Below are positions 36,219 to 47,636 of a DNA stretch of 64,000 nt, piece after piece. Both the position numbers and the translations under genes were made by a program. The first letter of the stretch is position 1. Each line of letters begins with the position of its first letter. This DNA comes from an uncultured Bacteroidales bacterium (GTDB taxonomy: Bacteria > Bacteroidota > Bacteroidia > Bacteroidales > Bacteroidaceae): contig CADALZ010000006.1 of NCBI GenBank assembly GCA_902788865.1, positions 6,376 to 70,375 of the forward strand. Reading direction: 5' to 3'. The notes under the pieces are model-generated. The model saw only the letters and a list, made by a program, of their open reading frames with translations, was not told where the DNA came from and made no database searches.

Positions 36219-39200
36219 ATGGATTATACGTTAATTGCAAACTCTGGGATTCATATAACTACTCTTGACGTTGAAATTAATACAAGAGAGAGGTTTGCTT
36301 TATGCTTCCATGAGTGGTATGACACCACAGATGGGTTATGGATACTTGACCTAGCGCAAGAAGTTAATACTGAGACAAATCGATACTATTACAAAAAGAG
36401 GGATCTGTTCGAAAATGGTTATCTAAAAAATGCAACTGGTAATGGAGATATTGACGTCAGTGCCTTAAATGATGATGGTATCAAACCCTTAAAGATTGAC
36501 GAAGATATGTGTGCTGGTGTGAGCGGTGAAATATTCAAAATGAATTTTACTGATCGTAACAACACACTCTCAGCCTTTGAAAACAAGTGGCTTCCAGTCC
36601 CATATTTCTTGAAACGAGGTGTAACACGTTTCAATTTTGGTCCTCTAAATTGGTCTCGTTTTAAACTTGTACCTCGTAAGCGAAAAGATGAAAGCGTTAA
36701 ATCTTACAGAGTGCTTTTAGCATTTGATACACGAACATCCAATACATCAAATGAATACGAAGAGTGTCCTGTATTCTCTGATTTCAATAATGAGAAGAAA
36801 TTCGAAGTATGTAAAAATGAATATCTTCTTATGGACTTTTGTTCGCCCAAAAAGGAAACAGAATATATTAACAAGTATCTTTTTGAGTTGGTACATCCAG
36901 ATTTGCGAGGTGTAGGCCAAGTACATTCAAATCCAAAACTTAGCTACATCGCGACTTATTTCCTTTTGGTAGACTACATAGCTCAAAAAGAACTTTTCCC
37001 CAAAATTACTCTATATAAGGATGCTAATGTCGTAGTCAAAGATGTTGACATGGTGGTTGATATTGGCAATTCTCGTACGACTGCTCTTCTTGTTGAAGAC
37101 AATTCCAATTTTAACCAAGTTAATCAATTAGAACTTATTGATTATACTTCCTTGCTTGATGATACTTCAACTAAAGTAAACATCTATAAGGAACCATTCG
37201 ATATGCGCCTTGCGTTCCGCAAAGTGGAATTTGGCAACATTGGGATTAAGGGTAGCAAACAATTTGTATACCCAAGTTTGGTAAGACTTGGAAAAGAGGC
37301 AAACTTCCTTATGCATCGTGCATCTGAGTCTGACTCTGTCAAGGAAAGCCTTTCGACAATGTCCAGCCCTAAGAGATACCTTTGGGATGGCAAAAGGAGT
37401 AAAGAAGAGTGGAAATTTATGGTATTGGATGGAGAGACAACGAATAACATTCTTGACATTCCTGGTATTTCTGAACATCTTCAAAGTGATGGACGTATTG
37501 CACCAAATGCATCTGGTGGCCAGTCGTATCATTATTCTAAGAGGTCACTAATGACATTGGCATTTCTTGAGATGCTTACTCAGGCACAAACCCAAATCAA
37601 CAGCGACAAATATCGCACCGATAGAGGCGAAAAGACTATGCCTCGAAGAGTTCGTCGAATTGTTGTGACATGTCCAACTGCTATGTCAAAACTTGAGCGT
37701 GAGGCATTAGTAAAATGTGCAAGCGATGCTGTTAAGTTACTCAATCTGTTTAAGGAAGTGGATTATAAGGTTGACGTTATTCCTTCCGCTCCTTCTTTTA
37801 AGGATACAGAAAGCAAGTGGTATTATGATGAGGCGACCTGTTCTCAACTTGTCTATGTCTATGGCGAAGTTGGCTATAAGTATAAAGGTTCATGTCAAGA
37901 ATTCTTCAATTTATATGGAAAAACACCTAAGGCAGGTGCACAGCCAGAACTTACAATTGGCTCTCTTGACATTGGAGCTGGTACTTCTGACCTTATGATC
38001 AGCCGCTATTCATATACAAAAGGTGATGTAACTACGATTACACCAGACCCTTTGTTTTATGATAGTTTCTATTACGCAGGTGATGAGATGCTGAATGAGC
38101 TTATTAAGAAAATTATGTTCTTTTCTCAAAACAGCGCTTTTAGAAAGAAAATGAAAGGTCTCAACGAAGTGGAGTATCGTCAGATGCTTCGAGATTTTTT
38201 TGGACCTGATCATGCCGGAGAAACCATTTCAGACAGAAAGCGTCGTCGCGATTTCAACATGCAGTATTCTGTGCCATTGATGTACCATTTCTTGGATTTG
38301 GTGTCAAAGGATTCAAAAGATTGTGTGGTTCGTTATACAGATGTTTTCGATGAATGCCCTCCAAATGAACGTGTGAAAGATGGATTTTACAAATTCTTTG
38401 GTTTTTCTGTTGAAGACCTCGAATGGAGTTATAATGTCTCGGAGGTTGCAGATGTTATATCCCGAGCTTTTGAACCATTACTAAAAAAGATAGCGACAAT
38501 CATGTATGCTTATAATTGCGACATAGTTTTGCTATCTGGTAGACCTGCTTCATTAAGTCCGATACGAGATATATTCTTGAAGTACTATTCTGTTTCACCT
38601 AATAGGCTTATTCTCTTGAATAATTACTATGTAGGTCATTGGTACCCCTTTGGTAACAATACAGGATATATTGCTAATGCAAAGACAATTGTTGCCATGG
38701 GAGCTCTTGTAGGGTATTATGCATCTTCATTAAGCGTTCTCGATAGATTTATTATTGACAAATCAAAACTTGATACAAACTTAAAATCTGTAATTAATTA
38801 TATCGAAGCTTCTCGTGAAGGACAACCAATAGAATATTTTATCACTCCAGAAAAGAACGTCGGAGAGTTAATGGTAAGTTCTTTGCCGACCACATTGAAT
38901 GTTCGTCAGATTGGATTTGATTCATACCCAGCGAGAAAACTGTATGTCATTGACTTCAATCAATATCGCATGGCAGATAGAATACGCAACAAAGCTATAA
39001 GTGAAGGTAATCCGATTAGTGACGCTCAAGTTCTTGCAAAGGTGAAAGATATGGTTGATGACTTACGCCTTCGAATGCCTTTCCGATTAACTATTGAACG
39101 TGATGTAGAAGACAAAGAAAAATTGTCTATTACCTCAATAACTGATAGAAATGGTAATGACCTTGCAGACAAAATGATTGAGATAAATATCCAAAGTTTG

Positions 39201-39251
39201 GGCGCAGATGAGCGCTACTGGCTAGACACAGGTGCATTTGAAATTCAATAA
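36219..39251 (+). CDS. srfB: SrfB family protein (Hsp70/actin-like ATPase fold)
   Basis: KWLPVPY, LLAFDT, VDIGNSRT, SSPKRYLWD, DEATCSQL, DIGAGTSDL, LLSGRPASL. Confidence 0.88.
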   Translation: MDYTLIANSGIHITTLDVEINTRERFALCFHEWYDTTDGLWILDLAQEVNTETNRYYYKKRDLFENGYLKNATGNGDIDVSALNDDGIKPLKIDEDMCAGVSGEIFKMNFTDRNNTLSAFENKWLPVPYFLKRGVTRFNFGPLNWSRFKLVPRKRKDESVKSYRVLLAFDTRTSNTSNEYEECPVFSDFNNEKKFEVCKNEYLLMDFCSPKKETEYINKYLFELVHPDLRGVGQVHSNPKLSYIATYFLLVDYIAQKELFPKITLYKDANVVVKDVDMVVDIGNSRTTALLVEDNSNFNQVNQLELIDYTSLLDDTSTKVNIYKEPFDMRLAFRKVEFGNIGIKGSKQFVYPSLVRLGKEANFLMHRASESDSVKESLSTMSSPKRYLWDGKRSKEEWKFMVLDGETTNNILDIPGISEHLQSDGRIAPNASGGQSYHYSKRSLMTLAFLEMLTQAQTQINSDKYRTDRGEKTMPRRVRRIVVTCPTAMSKLEREALVKCASDAVKLLNLFKEVDYKVDVIPSAPSFKDTESKWYYDEATCSQLVYVYGEVGYKYKGSCQEFFNLYGKTPKAGAQPELTIGSLDIGAGTSDLMISRYSYTKGDVTTITPDPLFYDSFYYAGDEMLNELIKKIMFFSQNSAFRKKMKGLNEVEYRQMLRDFFGPDHAGETISDRKRRRDFNMQYSVPLMYHFLDLVSKDSKDCVVRYTDVFDECPPNERVKDGFYKFFGFSVEDLEWSYNVSEVADVISRAFEPLLKKIATIMYAYNCDIVLLSGRPASLSPIRDIFLKYYSVSPNRLILLNNYYVGHWYPFGNNTGYIANAKTIVAMGALVGYYASSLSVLDRFIIDKSKLDTNLKSVINYIEASREGQPIEYFITPEKNVGELMVSSLPTTLNVRQIGFDSYPARKLYVIDFNQYRMADRIRNKAISEGNPISDAQVLAKVKDMVDDLRLRMPFRLTIERDVEDKEKLSITSITDRNGNDLADKMIEINIQSLGADERYWLDTGAFEIQ

Positions 39252-39260
39252 AGAATAGTT

Positions 39261-42068
39261 ATGAAACAAGATATCAATTTACAGATAGAAGTAATTGAAC
39301 GCTCAATTGCATGGGCTAAGAAATTCACGAAGGATTCGTTTCCTATTGAAGAACTCAAGGAATATCGCCGAACCCTTAGAAGAATAGCAAATTCTCTTGA
39401 AGAGAATTGTTCTGCAGCAGCATATGGAGAAAGTCAAGTAGGTAAATCATATTTGATGAGCAGTTTGTTGTCTACTGCAGATTCTCCATTTGTGATAACC
39501 AATGATGGCAAAGAGTATAGTTTCATTGATGCATTGAATCCTAGTGGTGGTAATACCTCTCAAACAGAATCTACTGGTGTTATTACCCGATTTACCATAA
39601 ACAATGACAATGAAACGATGAAGGATTTTGTTAAGATTAAGAATCTTTCCGTTTCAGATTTGATCATGTTGCTTGTTGATTCATATTATAATGATCTCAA
39701 ACTAGACAGCAGTAAAGTGCTGCTACATGATGCAATAAATGATGAACTTACAAAAGTTCAATACCTGTGGTCTACGAAGAGCACACCTGTTCAAGATGCT
39801 CTGACTGAGGATGATGTCAAAGACATTAGTGATTATATAGAAGACGTACTGGGAAGTAACACCGTAAATATTACACGTTCTGATTTTCGTAAGATAGTCG
39901 CCCCAAAGATACAGTTCGTTTCTAGTGAGAATTGGGTCAAGGTTTTCAGTATTTTATGGAATAAAAATGAGGAATTAAGCCATTTGTTCAGTCTTTTGGT
40001 AAACGAGTATAAGAAAATCAATTTTGAAACGGAGGTTTATGTGCCATTTGAAGCAGTTCTTAGAGATAAGGGCACATTGTTGAAAATAGAGTGGCTTAAC
40101 TCGGTTTGTGGAATACCTCATGTAAGTGATACTGATGTATTAACAACAGATGTTTATAATGCAAAAGGAGAATTATTAGCAACATCTTTCAGTAAATCAT
40201 CTCTCTCTGCATTGATTGCCGAACTTACTTTTGTTTTGCCTAAACAAATAGCCAATGAGCGCAAATTCCTTAATAAGATAGACCTTCTGGATTTCCCAGG
40301 AGCTCGCTCTAGAGAAAAGTTTAAGGAACAGGAAATTTCAGATGTGCTCCCTACCATTCTTCGTCGTGGAAAGGTAGCATATTTGTTCAATAAGTATTCG
40401 CGTTCACTTCGTATAAGTTCGGTTCTATTCTGCCATCATAATGATCAAAAGTCCGAACCGTCTCTTGGGGATACTATTAACGGGTGGATAGAAAAAAATA
40501 TCGGAAATACTCCAGAACAACGTGCAGAGGATTTGGCACGCACAAATGGCATCTCTCCGTTATTCTTGATAGCAACAAAATTCAATAAAGAATTAAAGCG
40601 TACAAGCAATGATTTGCCAAACAATACAGAAATGTTAGCAGAACATTGGAAACGTTTTAAAACGGTACTACCAGAAATCATTAGACCAGCTACGTGGTTC
40701 GATAATTGGGTTACGAAAGGTGGTATGTTCCGTTCCGAAGCATTCCAAAGTATCTATATGCTTCGAGACTTTTACTGGTCTATGGAGACTCGTGTTTTTG
40801 ATGGTTATGACAGTAGAACAAAATCCCCAGAGACTAATCGCCATATAGATCCGGATTATCCAGATTTTTTTGAAAATTTGGAGCATAGTTTTTTGACAAA
40901 TGATTTTGTTAAACGGCATTTTGCTGATCCAAAGAAATCATGGGATGAGGTGTCTTCATTGAACAGTGATGGTTCAAAGGCTATCATACGTGATTTGGAT
41001 TCCATATCAGGTGTGTTGGATGCTGCTCGACGAGAAAAGTATTTAAAGGAACTTAAGACTATTCGTGATGAGATTATTAACAAACTCACCACTTACTATG
41101 AACCAGAAGACAAAGAGGAGAATAACATCAAAACGCGAACAATAGCAGGAGATATTCGTCTATCGCTTGATTTGTGTATCGGTACCAAACCTGAGACATT
41201 TGGTCGTATCATTGATCAATTAATGATTCCTGTAAGCGATATTCGTAAGATTGCTTATGACATAGTTGTTTTGAAAACAGAAATGCCAGTCGATTTCAAT
41301 GAGATATTGCTTATAAGGACGCTGGCAAGAATTAATCCATCAGATGATAAGGGAATCAACATTCAGAAATTGTGCAATTATTATGCTAGAGGAGTTGAAG
41401 ATCTTGAGAGTTCATTCTCAAAGAAGGGATTCTCCATTGAAGATGTCGTTTCCACAGAGTGTGATGTTGCAGCTACTGTTGCTGATGTTGTGTCAAATAG
41501 AATACTTGAGTATTGGGGCAATTTTATAAACAAACAAGTTACAGGACTTGATAAGTACTTGCCTCATTCAGACGAGGTCGCATTTATGCTTCAAAATCTT
41601 TGCAAAAGATTAGGTTTACAGCGCACTATCGCAGAAAGGATAGATGCCTATTCAAGAGTATTTCCAAATACGGATTTGCCAAATGCGATTGCAGATTATG
41701 CTTCCCTAACGCTTAATAACTTTGTAAGTTCAATTGGGCGTTCCTACATGAGTGAGAAAGACATTGAAACTATTCGCAAAAAGGCAAACTCTTGTAAGCT
41801 AGAGATAGATTTATCTCCGGATGCCTGTGATTTGAATCGTAGGGAAATTAGTGTATTTGATGCATTGGAAGCTTTTGATGACGCAGAAGATCCTGCAAAT
41901 GTATCATTACAGACCCTTAAGAAGTTACCGTTCTGGGATAATTTCCAGCGTTGGGAAAACTTATTGGTTATTGGACTTCTATATTCTGCAGACGTGTCAC
42001 ACTGTGATCCTGTAGCAAATGCTGAAATTAAAAAGATTATAGATAGCTGTAGGACTCTTTATCAATAA
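39261..42068 (+). CDS. srfC: SrfC family protein (P-loop GTPase-like)
   Basis: YGESQVGKSYL, INP-like LNPSGG..ESTGVITRF, DLLDFPGARSR, RGKVAYLF, ATKFN. Confidence 0.88.
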   Translation: MKQDINLQIEVIERSIAWAKKFTKDSFPIEELKEYRRTLRRIANSLEENCSAAAYGESQVGKSYLMSSLLSTADSPFVITNDGKEYSFIDALNPSGGNTSQTESTGVITRFTINNDNETMKDFVKIKNLSVSDLIMLLVDSYYNDLKLDSSKVLLHDAINDELTKVQYLWSTKSTPVQDALTEDDVKDISDYIEDVLGSNTVNITRSDFRKIVAPKIQFVSSENWVKVFSILWNKNEELSHLFSLLVNEYKKINFETEVYVPFEAVLRDKGTLLKIEWLNSVCGIPHVSDTDVLTTDVYNAKGELLATSFSKSSLSALIAELTFVLPKQIANERKFLNKIDLLDFPGARSREKFKEQEISDVLPTILRRGKVAYLFNKYSRSLRISSVLFCHHNDQKSEPSLGDTINGWIEKNIGNTPEQRAEDLARTNGISPLFLIATKFNKELKRTSNDLPNNTEMLAEHWKRFKTVLPEIIRPATWFDNWVTKGGMFRSEAFQSIYMLRDFYWSMETRVFDGYDSRTKSPETNRHIDPDYPDFFENLEHSFLTNDFVKRHFADPKKSWDEVSSLNSDGSKAIIRDLDSISGVLDAARREKYLKELKTIRDEIINKLTTYYEPEDKEENNIKTRTIAGDIRLSLDLCIGTKPETFGRIIDQLMIPVSDIRKIAYDIVVLKTEMPVDFNEILLIRTLARINPSDDKGINIQKLCNYYARGVEDLESSFSKKGFSIEDVVSTECDVAATVADVVSNRILEYWGNFINKQVTGLDKYLPHSDEVAFMLQNLCKRLGLQRTIAERIDAYSRVFPNTDLPNAIADYASLTLNNFVSSIGRSYMSEKDIETIRKKANSCKLEIDLSPDACDLNRREISVFDALEAFDDAEDPANVSLQTLKKLPFWDNFQRWENLLVIGLLYSADVSHCDPVANAEIKKIIDSCRTLYQ

Positions 42069-42076
42069 TAAAAACT

Positions 42077-44947
42077 ATGCCAGGAGCTATTTTTTATAAT
42101 AAGAAACTGCTGGGACAAATTGACGAAACAGACTTTGTAGACCAGCAAGGTATTGGGAACGACCCTCTTTACAATCGTTTCAAGAGTGTAGAGGCCGTTG
42201 TCAAGGAACATATAGCACCACAGTATCAGTCTTTCCTTTCTTGCCCTTATTATGAGGATGGAGATATTTATTGGTATGGTGATGCATGGAATGAGAAACC
42301 ACGCATTTTATCCGAGCTTTCAGGTTCGGATAAGGATAAATATGATAGAATAAAATCAGAAACAGTCGATCACTACCAAAAAGTTTTGGCTGGTTTAAAT
42401 GGATTGGAATTTCAAATGATGTTCGGTGCGTTAATCCATATCAGTGATGATTTTATTTATTGCTATGACGACAAGGTTGTTATGGTAGCTTGGGGTATGC
42501 GTCCTGATCCTTATAAACATGATATTAAAGGCTCTTTCTTTAAACAAGCGACCTATTTTGATAAAAAGAAAATAACTTTTGACGTTGGAGAATATGGAAC
42601 TATAGATACTTCAAAGTCAGAGCGTTACCAACCTTGTATTAATAGGGAAGAGGGCGACCGCTTAAGTGCAGTCGACATTCCGGTTATTAAGGCAAAAGAC
42701 GGATATGAGTTTGTTGGTTGGGAACCTGAGCCTATTGGTTTTGAGGTATCTGACGATTTTGTCTTCAAGGCAAAATACAACAAATTACCTGCTCCTGAAC
42801 AAACGGAAGAAACTGTATGGGTAACATTCCAATCTGGTGAAGGTGGCACTCTTGAAGGTGAAACTTCAATTGACGTTATTAAAGGTTCCACTCTTGAGGA
42901 ATTTGACATTCCCATCCCCATTGCCTCCGATGGTTTCCGCTTCTGTCGATGGACTCCAACTATAAATTTGCCGGTAAACCAAGATACTACTTTTACGGCA
43001 GAGTTTGAGTCCAATGTCGCACACTGCATATTTGATGCTGGTGAGCATGGAACTATACAGGGTACTGCTGATATAGTAAAGCCTCTTGGGAGCTCTATTG
43101 ATAATAGTGAGATTCCGAAAGTCACCCCACATAAAGGATATAAGTTTATAGGGTGGAACTTATCTCCATTGGCACCCCTCACAGCAGACAGAGTTTGTGT
43201 TGCGCAGTATGAAGTAAAATTACCTTGGTATAAGAGATGGTGGATATGGCTGACAGGTTTGTTTGCAGGTAAAGGATGCCTAAAATGGCTATTATGGTTG
43301 ATATTTATCATATTATTGATTTATCTTCTGTCCTGGCTACTTGGAAGTTGTGTTGGTTGTACTGGACACAGTGCAGTAAATGGCATTGTTCCAATTGACA
43401 CGATAGAGGGAAGTGATGGTAACTATGTTGAAGATAATGGCCATGCTCACCCGATTACTGATGGCACAGGCGCATTACCTGGCACCGACAGAGTTGTTGC
43501 TCCTGCTATGGGAGAAGGTGGTGTACTGCCACCTGTCGTTGAACAACCTGGGTTGCCTAATATTATGGCAAATCGTTTGTTCTTATTCATGGAGAATGAA
43601 AACGATGATGTAGAGGCATTGGCTAAAGATTTCAAACAAGCATACCCTGGTGATCAATATAGTATAATTGGTTATGATAAGGAAGTTAAACTTCTTGTTA
43701 TTCAGATACCAGAAGCCGAAAGAGAGCAAATTCGCCAAACCATTAACAGTAAGATACCGAATCATAAGTTTATAGTTTTTGATGAAGAGGTATACGAGAT
43801 TAGAGGTAGTATTAGTCAGTCTGCAGAAGACCTTGGTTGGCATCTTGATGCAATTCATTTGAAACAAGGATGGACCATAACGCAAGGTTCTCCTAGTGTT
43901 AAGATTGCTATTATTGATGATGGTATTCAAGCCGATCATCCGATGTTCAAAGGACGAATTGTTGATGCATATAACGTGTTCACTCAAAACAACACATTGA
44001 GTCTTGGCGAAGGTCATGGAACCCATATAGCAGGCTTAGCTGCAGGTTCTGCAGATTTTTACGATAAAGGAGCTGCAGGTGTTGCTCCGAATTGTTTATT
44101 AATGCCGATACAAGTTTTCGACAATAAGATGTGTCCACTTTCTGCCATAATTGCAGGCGTGATGTATGCGGTACACCATGACGCAGATGTGGTTAACATG
44201 TCTATTGGTCCATCTTTCCCTGGTCTAAATGTATTACCTGTAGAACAACAAGGAGAAATTGCTCAGACTCAATTTCACAATGTTGCAGCACTTTGGACCA
44301 GAGTCTGTAAACTTGCTGCAAAGAAGAATACAATCCTTGTTTTTGCTGCAGGAAATGATGACATTCTTACAAGTATTCCACCTGAAAATCGAAATGAATC
44401 GTCAATTGTAGTGACTTCTGTTGATAAGCGTATGTATCCAACTGTTTTTACGAATTATGGTCCATGTTCAGATGTTTCAGCTCCAGGAAAAAACATCTAC
44501 AGTTCATTTCCTAACAATAGTTTTCAGTCTTGTGATGGGACTAGCATGTCTGCTCCGATAGTTACTGGTACTATTGCATTAATGAAATCCATAAGAAAGA
44601 ACATAACGGTTGCTCAAGCTCGTGATGTGTTGTTCAGTACAGGTGCCGATGTATATGGTTGGATTCCTCCTATGGTCCTTGTTGACAAGGCGCTTGACGC
44701 AACCCAAAAAGGCAATTTTGAACGTATAGAACGCGAAAGCCGTTCTGTCCCTGATGGCGTGGATGTTCATTTGCATTCTGGAAGCGTACCTGTTGAAGGT
44801 GATAGAATGATTGAGATAACTGCACCTATAATAAATCCAGTTCCAAACCCACAACAAGGTGAAGGGACTGATTATGATGCTATTCGTCGTAAAATCGCAG
44901 AGTACAAAAAGAAAATTGAAGAACTGGAAAGTTTACTTCCGAAATAA
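42077..44947 (+). CDS. SrfA-like N-domain + InlB B-repeat-like domains + TM + S8 subtilase
   Basis: FIYCYDDKVVMVAWG; three GY.F.GW-type repeats; TM near residues 385-425; triad IIDDG, HGTH, GTSMSAP and AAGN. Confidence 0.88.
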   Translation: MPGAIFYNKKLLGQIDETDFVDQQGIGNDPLYNRFKSVEAVVKEHIAPQYQSFLSCPYYEDGDIYWYGDAWNEKPRILSELSGSDKDKYDRIKSETVDHYQKVLAGLNGLEFQMMFGALIHISDDFIYCYDDKVVMVAWGMRPDPYKHDIKGSFFKQATYFDKKKITFDVGEYGTIDTSKSERYQPCINREEGDRLSAVDIPVIKAKDGYEFVGWEPEPIGFEVSDDFVFKAKYNKLPAPEQTEETVWVTFQSGEGGTLEGETSIDVIKGSTLEEFDIPIPIASDGFRFCRWTPTINLPVNQDTTFTAEFESNVAHCIFDAGEHGTIQGTADIVKPLGSSIDNSEIPKVTPHKGYKFIGWNLSPLAPLTADRVCVAQYEVKLPWYKRWWIWLTGLFAGKGCLKWLLWLIFIILLIYLLSWLLGSCVGCTGHSAVNGIVPIDTIEGSDGNYVEDNGHAHPITDGTGALPGTDRVVAPAMGEGGVLPPVVEQPGLPNIMANRLFLFMENENDDVEALAKDFKQAYPGDQYSIIGYDKEVKLLVIQIPEAEREQIRQTINSKIPNHKFIVFDEEVYEIRGSISQSAEDLGWHLDAIHLKQGWTITQGSPSVKIAIIDDGIQADHPMFKGRIVDAYNVFTQNNTLSLGEGHGTHIAGLAAGSADFYDKGAAGVAPNCLLMPIQVFDNKMCPLSAIIAGVMYAVHHDADVVNMSIGPSFPGLNVLPVEQQGEIAQTQFHNVAALWTRVCKLAAKKNTILVFAAGNDDILTSIPPENRNESSIVVTSVDKRMYPTVFTNYGPCSDVSAPGKNIYSSFPNNSFQSCDGTSMSAPIVTGTIALMKSIRKNITVAQARDVLFSTGADVYGWIPPMVLVDKALDATQKGNFERIERESRSVPDGVDVHLHSGSVPVEGDRMIEITAPIINPVPNPQQGEGTDYDAIRRKIAEYKKKIEELESLLPK

Positions 44948-44958
44948 CAAAAATTATT

Positions 44959-46008
44959 ATGAATGAAAAGTTGCGTTTTTCATGGGGGCATATCTTAGCT
45001 TTTTTGGCTTTGATCTTTATAGCCTACGTGACATTTATGGGGATTACCTATCTTATGTTAGGTAATTTCTTGTATGCAGGCATAGGGGCTTTGCTTTGTG
45101 TTTTTATGTTGGCTTTATGTTTGTTAGGGGCTCAAGTAAAAAAAGGGTCTTCGACAAAGTTCTATAAGTCAATAATATGGGAACGCATCCTTCTGTTAAT
45201 GTCCCCCGTGGTGTTAGTCCTTGCTTTTTATCCTTACAATCATTTTTGGTCTGTGCTAGATCAGGAGGACGAAATTGTCAAAGATTTTAGTTCTTCTATT
45301 TCACATGCGCATGGCATTTTTGATGAATATGAATCTTACACTAAAAAGCGAATAGATACTCTTTCGGATAGAATCTCTAATTTATCATTTGAACAGCAAC
45401 AGAATAGAATTAATGAATTAAAATTAGTATTATTATCCTCAAACTATGACAAGTTAAAATCAGAAGCCAATTCTTGGATTGACAACGCATCCCAAAGTTC
45501 TACCGTTTGGAATGTATTTCTTTTGGGGAATGTTGATGTTATTGCTGAAGCTGTAGAAAAATGGGCAAAAGATTTATCTTTAGTTTCTTCTAAGCATCTT
45601 ACATGTGAAAATTATGGTGTAATAGATTTTAGTTCAGAATGTGTCGCCAAGCAGAATGCAATCCAAGGTCTTAAGGTTCTAAAAGAGAAGTATTCTAATA
45701 CAGAATTCAAGTTCAATTTATTGTCAATAATAACAATGGTAATTTGTTTCTTGCTACTGCTTTGCCCATATTTCATTCAAGAACGAAATGCTGCCAACTG
45801 TGAGAGATTTTGGGATTTTTGGATATTTTCCAGATTCTTTAATTCAAGCAACGATGAAGGTTCAAATTTAAATCCTGAGCTTGAACCGATACCCGTTCAG
45901 AATAAAAGACCTTTAGGTAAGGGTAGCCCAGAACCATTCGACAATGAAACCGAAGAAATAAATAAACCGATTCATAAACCAAAAACGAGCAAAGGAGCTC
46001 CAGTATAA
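44959..46008 (+). CDS. Multi-pass membrane protein
   Basis: Three N-terminal and one later hydrophobic segment; 11-nt gap from upstream gene. Confidence 0.8.
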   Translation: MNEKLRFSWGHILAFLALIFIAYVTFMGITYLMLGNFLYAGIGALLCVFMLALCLLGAQVKKGSSTKFYKSIIWERILLLMSPVVLVLAFYPYNHFWSVLDQEDEIVKDFSSSISHAHGIFDEYESYTKKRIDTLSDRISNLSFEQQQNRINELKLVLLSSNYDKLKSEANSWIDNASQSSTVWNVFLLGNVDVIAEAVEKWAKDLSLVSSKHLTCENYGVIDFSSECVAKQNAIQGLKVLKEKYSNTEFKFNLLSIITMVICFLLLLCPYFIQERNAANCERFWDFWIFSRFFNSSNDEGSNLNPELEPIPVQNKRPLGKGSPEPFDNETEEINKPIHKPKTSKGAPV

Positions 46009-46010
46009 TT

Positions 46011-47636
46011 ATGCACGATAGTATTATAGATAATTTAGATCAATACACAGCCGATCAACTTGCTAATTACATTAGGCAAGGTGTTGTTACACTTGAAGAA
46101 TTACGCAAGGAAGGATTAGATGTTAACATACGTCATGAGATTGAGGACCTTCTCGAAAACAATCCAGACGAAGAAGACTGGCAACACGCTTGTGACTTGA
46201 ATACAATAGAAGCTTATCAAGATTATCTTGACAAGTATCCTGAAGGAGAACATCGTTCTGATGCAAGACACAAACTTCAATCTCTTCAAGCTGCTCAAAC
46301 TACCCAAAAAAAAGAAGAAGATGATGGTGAGGTGTATTCACGTATTGATAAGAATGACATTAAAGCTTTGGAAGAATTTATTAAAAATAATCCAAAGAAT
46401 AAATATCGTTTTGAGGCCCGAAAGCTAATAAATAGATTGGCAACCCGAAACAGGTTATCTGGTGTAGAACTTATTCAACGTATTATCCAGCAATTTGACC
46501 CTGACGAAATATCAGAGAAAATAGAAGAGCTGATTTCTAGTCAAGAAGCATCAGAAGATGATTTAATAAAAGTCTTCCAGAATGACCATAATATTTTACC
46601 TGCAGATGTTGTCTGTGAGCTAGATCGTGTTCTTGATTTTCGCGCATTGCCAAATATAGGCATTGATGATGCTTTTATTGCACAGTTAGAGGAAATAGCA
46701 TCTTTCTCACGTCCCGAAGAAAAGGAGAGAAAATTAAAGTCCCCACTGAGTGATATAGATTATGAAAAGATTCCTCCATTAAAAAGTATTCCTGATGGAT
46801 TTACTGAGATTTACTTTTGGGGTGTGCCTGCATCAGGTAAGACTTGTGCGGTTGGATCAATTATGTCAACAATGACAAATGGACGTGGCGTTAAGTCTGT
46901 AATGCCTTTTACGGATAGTCAGGGGTCTTCTTATATGATGCCTTTGGCATCCTCTTTTAGAGAGGATAAGGTATGTATTTTACCCCCTAGAACTAAAGTA
47001 GAAGAAACTTTCGAAATGAGGTATCAAATTACAGACGATGATAATAAAGAACATGGTTTAGCTTTTATTGATTTGTCAGGAGAGTTATTTGAATGTATGC
47101 ATCTAAGTAGGGCTCAGGGAAAAGAAAACCTTACACCTAAGCAACAAAAAGCTTTAACAGTTCTTGAAGATATACTCGTAAATAATCGTTCTAAAAATCC
47201 CAAAATTCATTTTTTTGTGATAGAATATGGAAGTGAAAATAATAGATATAAGGGACTTTCTCAGAATGAACTTCTATTAAGTTGCCTTAATTACCTAGAT
47301 GATAAATCCATCCTTAAGGACAATACTATTGGTGCATACTTAATAATTACTAAAGCAGATAAGGCTGGTGATGCTGACATAGGTAAATATATTGATAAAC
47401 ACTATAGTGGATTCTATAGTGGATTGACTCAGCGTATGACAAAATGGGGTATCAATACGAGAAAGGGAAGATCTCAAGTTAAGAGATTTCCATTTTCTAT
47501 CGGAGATGTATGTTTCCAGAAATGGTGTTTATATGATTCAGAATGGACGCAATACATAATTGAAGAGATTAAAACACGTTCATATGGCATGGAAACTGGT
47601 TTTATTGGTAAATTTAAATCCGTTGCAAGAAAATGA
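46011..47636 (+). CDS. TRAFAC-class GTPase-domain protein with N-terminal helical repeats
   Basis: G1 GVPASGKT, G3 DLSGE, G4 ITKAD; repeat EAYQDYLDKYPEGEHRSDA. Confidence 0.82.
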   Translation: MHDSIIDNLDQYTADQLANYIRQGVVTLEELRKEGLDVNIRHEIEDLLENNPDEEDWQHACDLNTIEAYQDYLDKYPEGEHRSDARHKLQSLQAAQTTQKKEEDDGEVYSRIDKNDIKALEEFIKNNPKNKYRFEARKLINRLATRNRLSGVELIQRIIQQFDPDEISEKIEELISSQEASEDDLIKVFQNDHNILPADVVCELDRVLDFRALPNIGIDDAFIAQLEEIASFSRPEEKERKLKSPLSDIDYEKIPPLKSIPDGFTEIYFWGVPASGKTCAVGSIMSTMTNGRGVKSVMPFTDSQGSSYMMPLASSFREDKVCILPPRTKVEETFEMRYQITDDDNKEHGLAFIDLSGELFECMHLSRAQGKENLTPKQQKALTVLEDILVNNRSKNPKIHFFVIEYGSENNRYKGLSQNELLLSCLNYLDDKSILKDNTIGAYLIITKADKAGDADIGKYIDKHYSGFYSGLTQRMTKWGINTRKGRSQVKRFPFSIGDVCFQKWCLYDSEWTQYIIEEIKTRSYGMETGFIGKFKSVARK

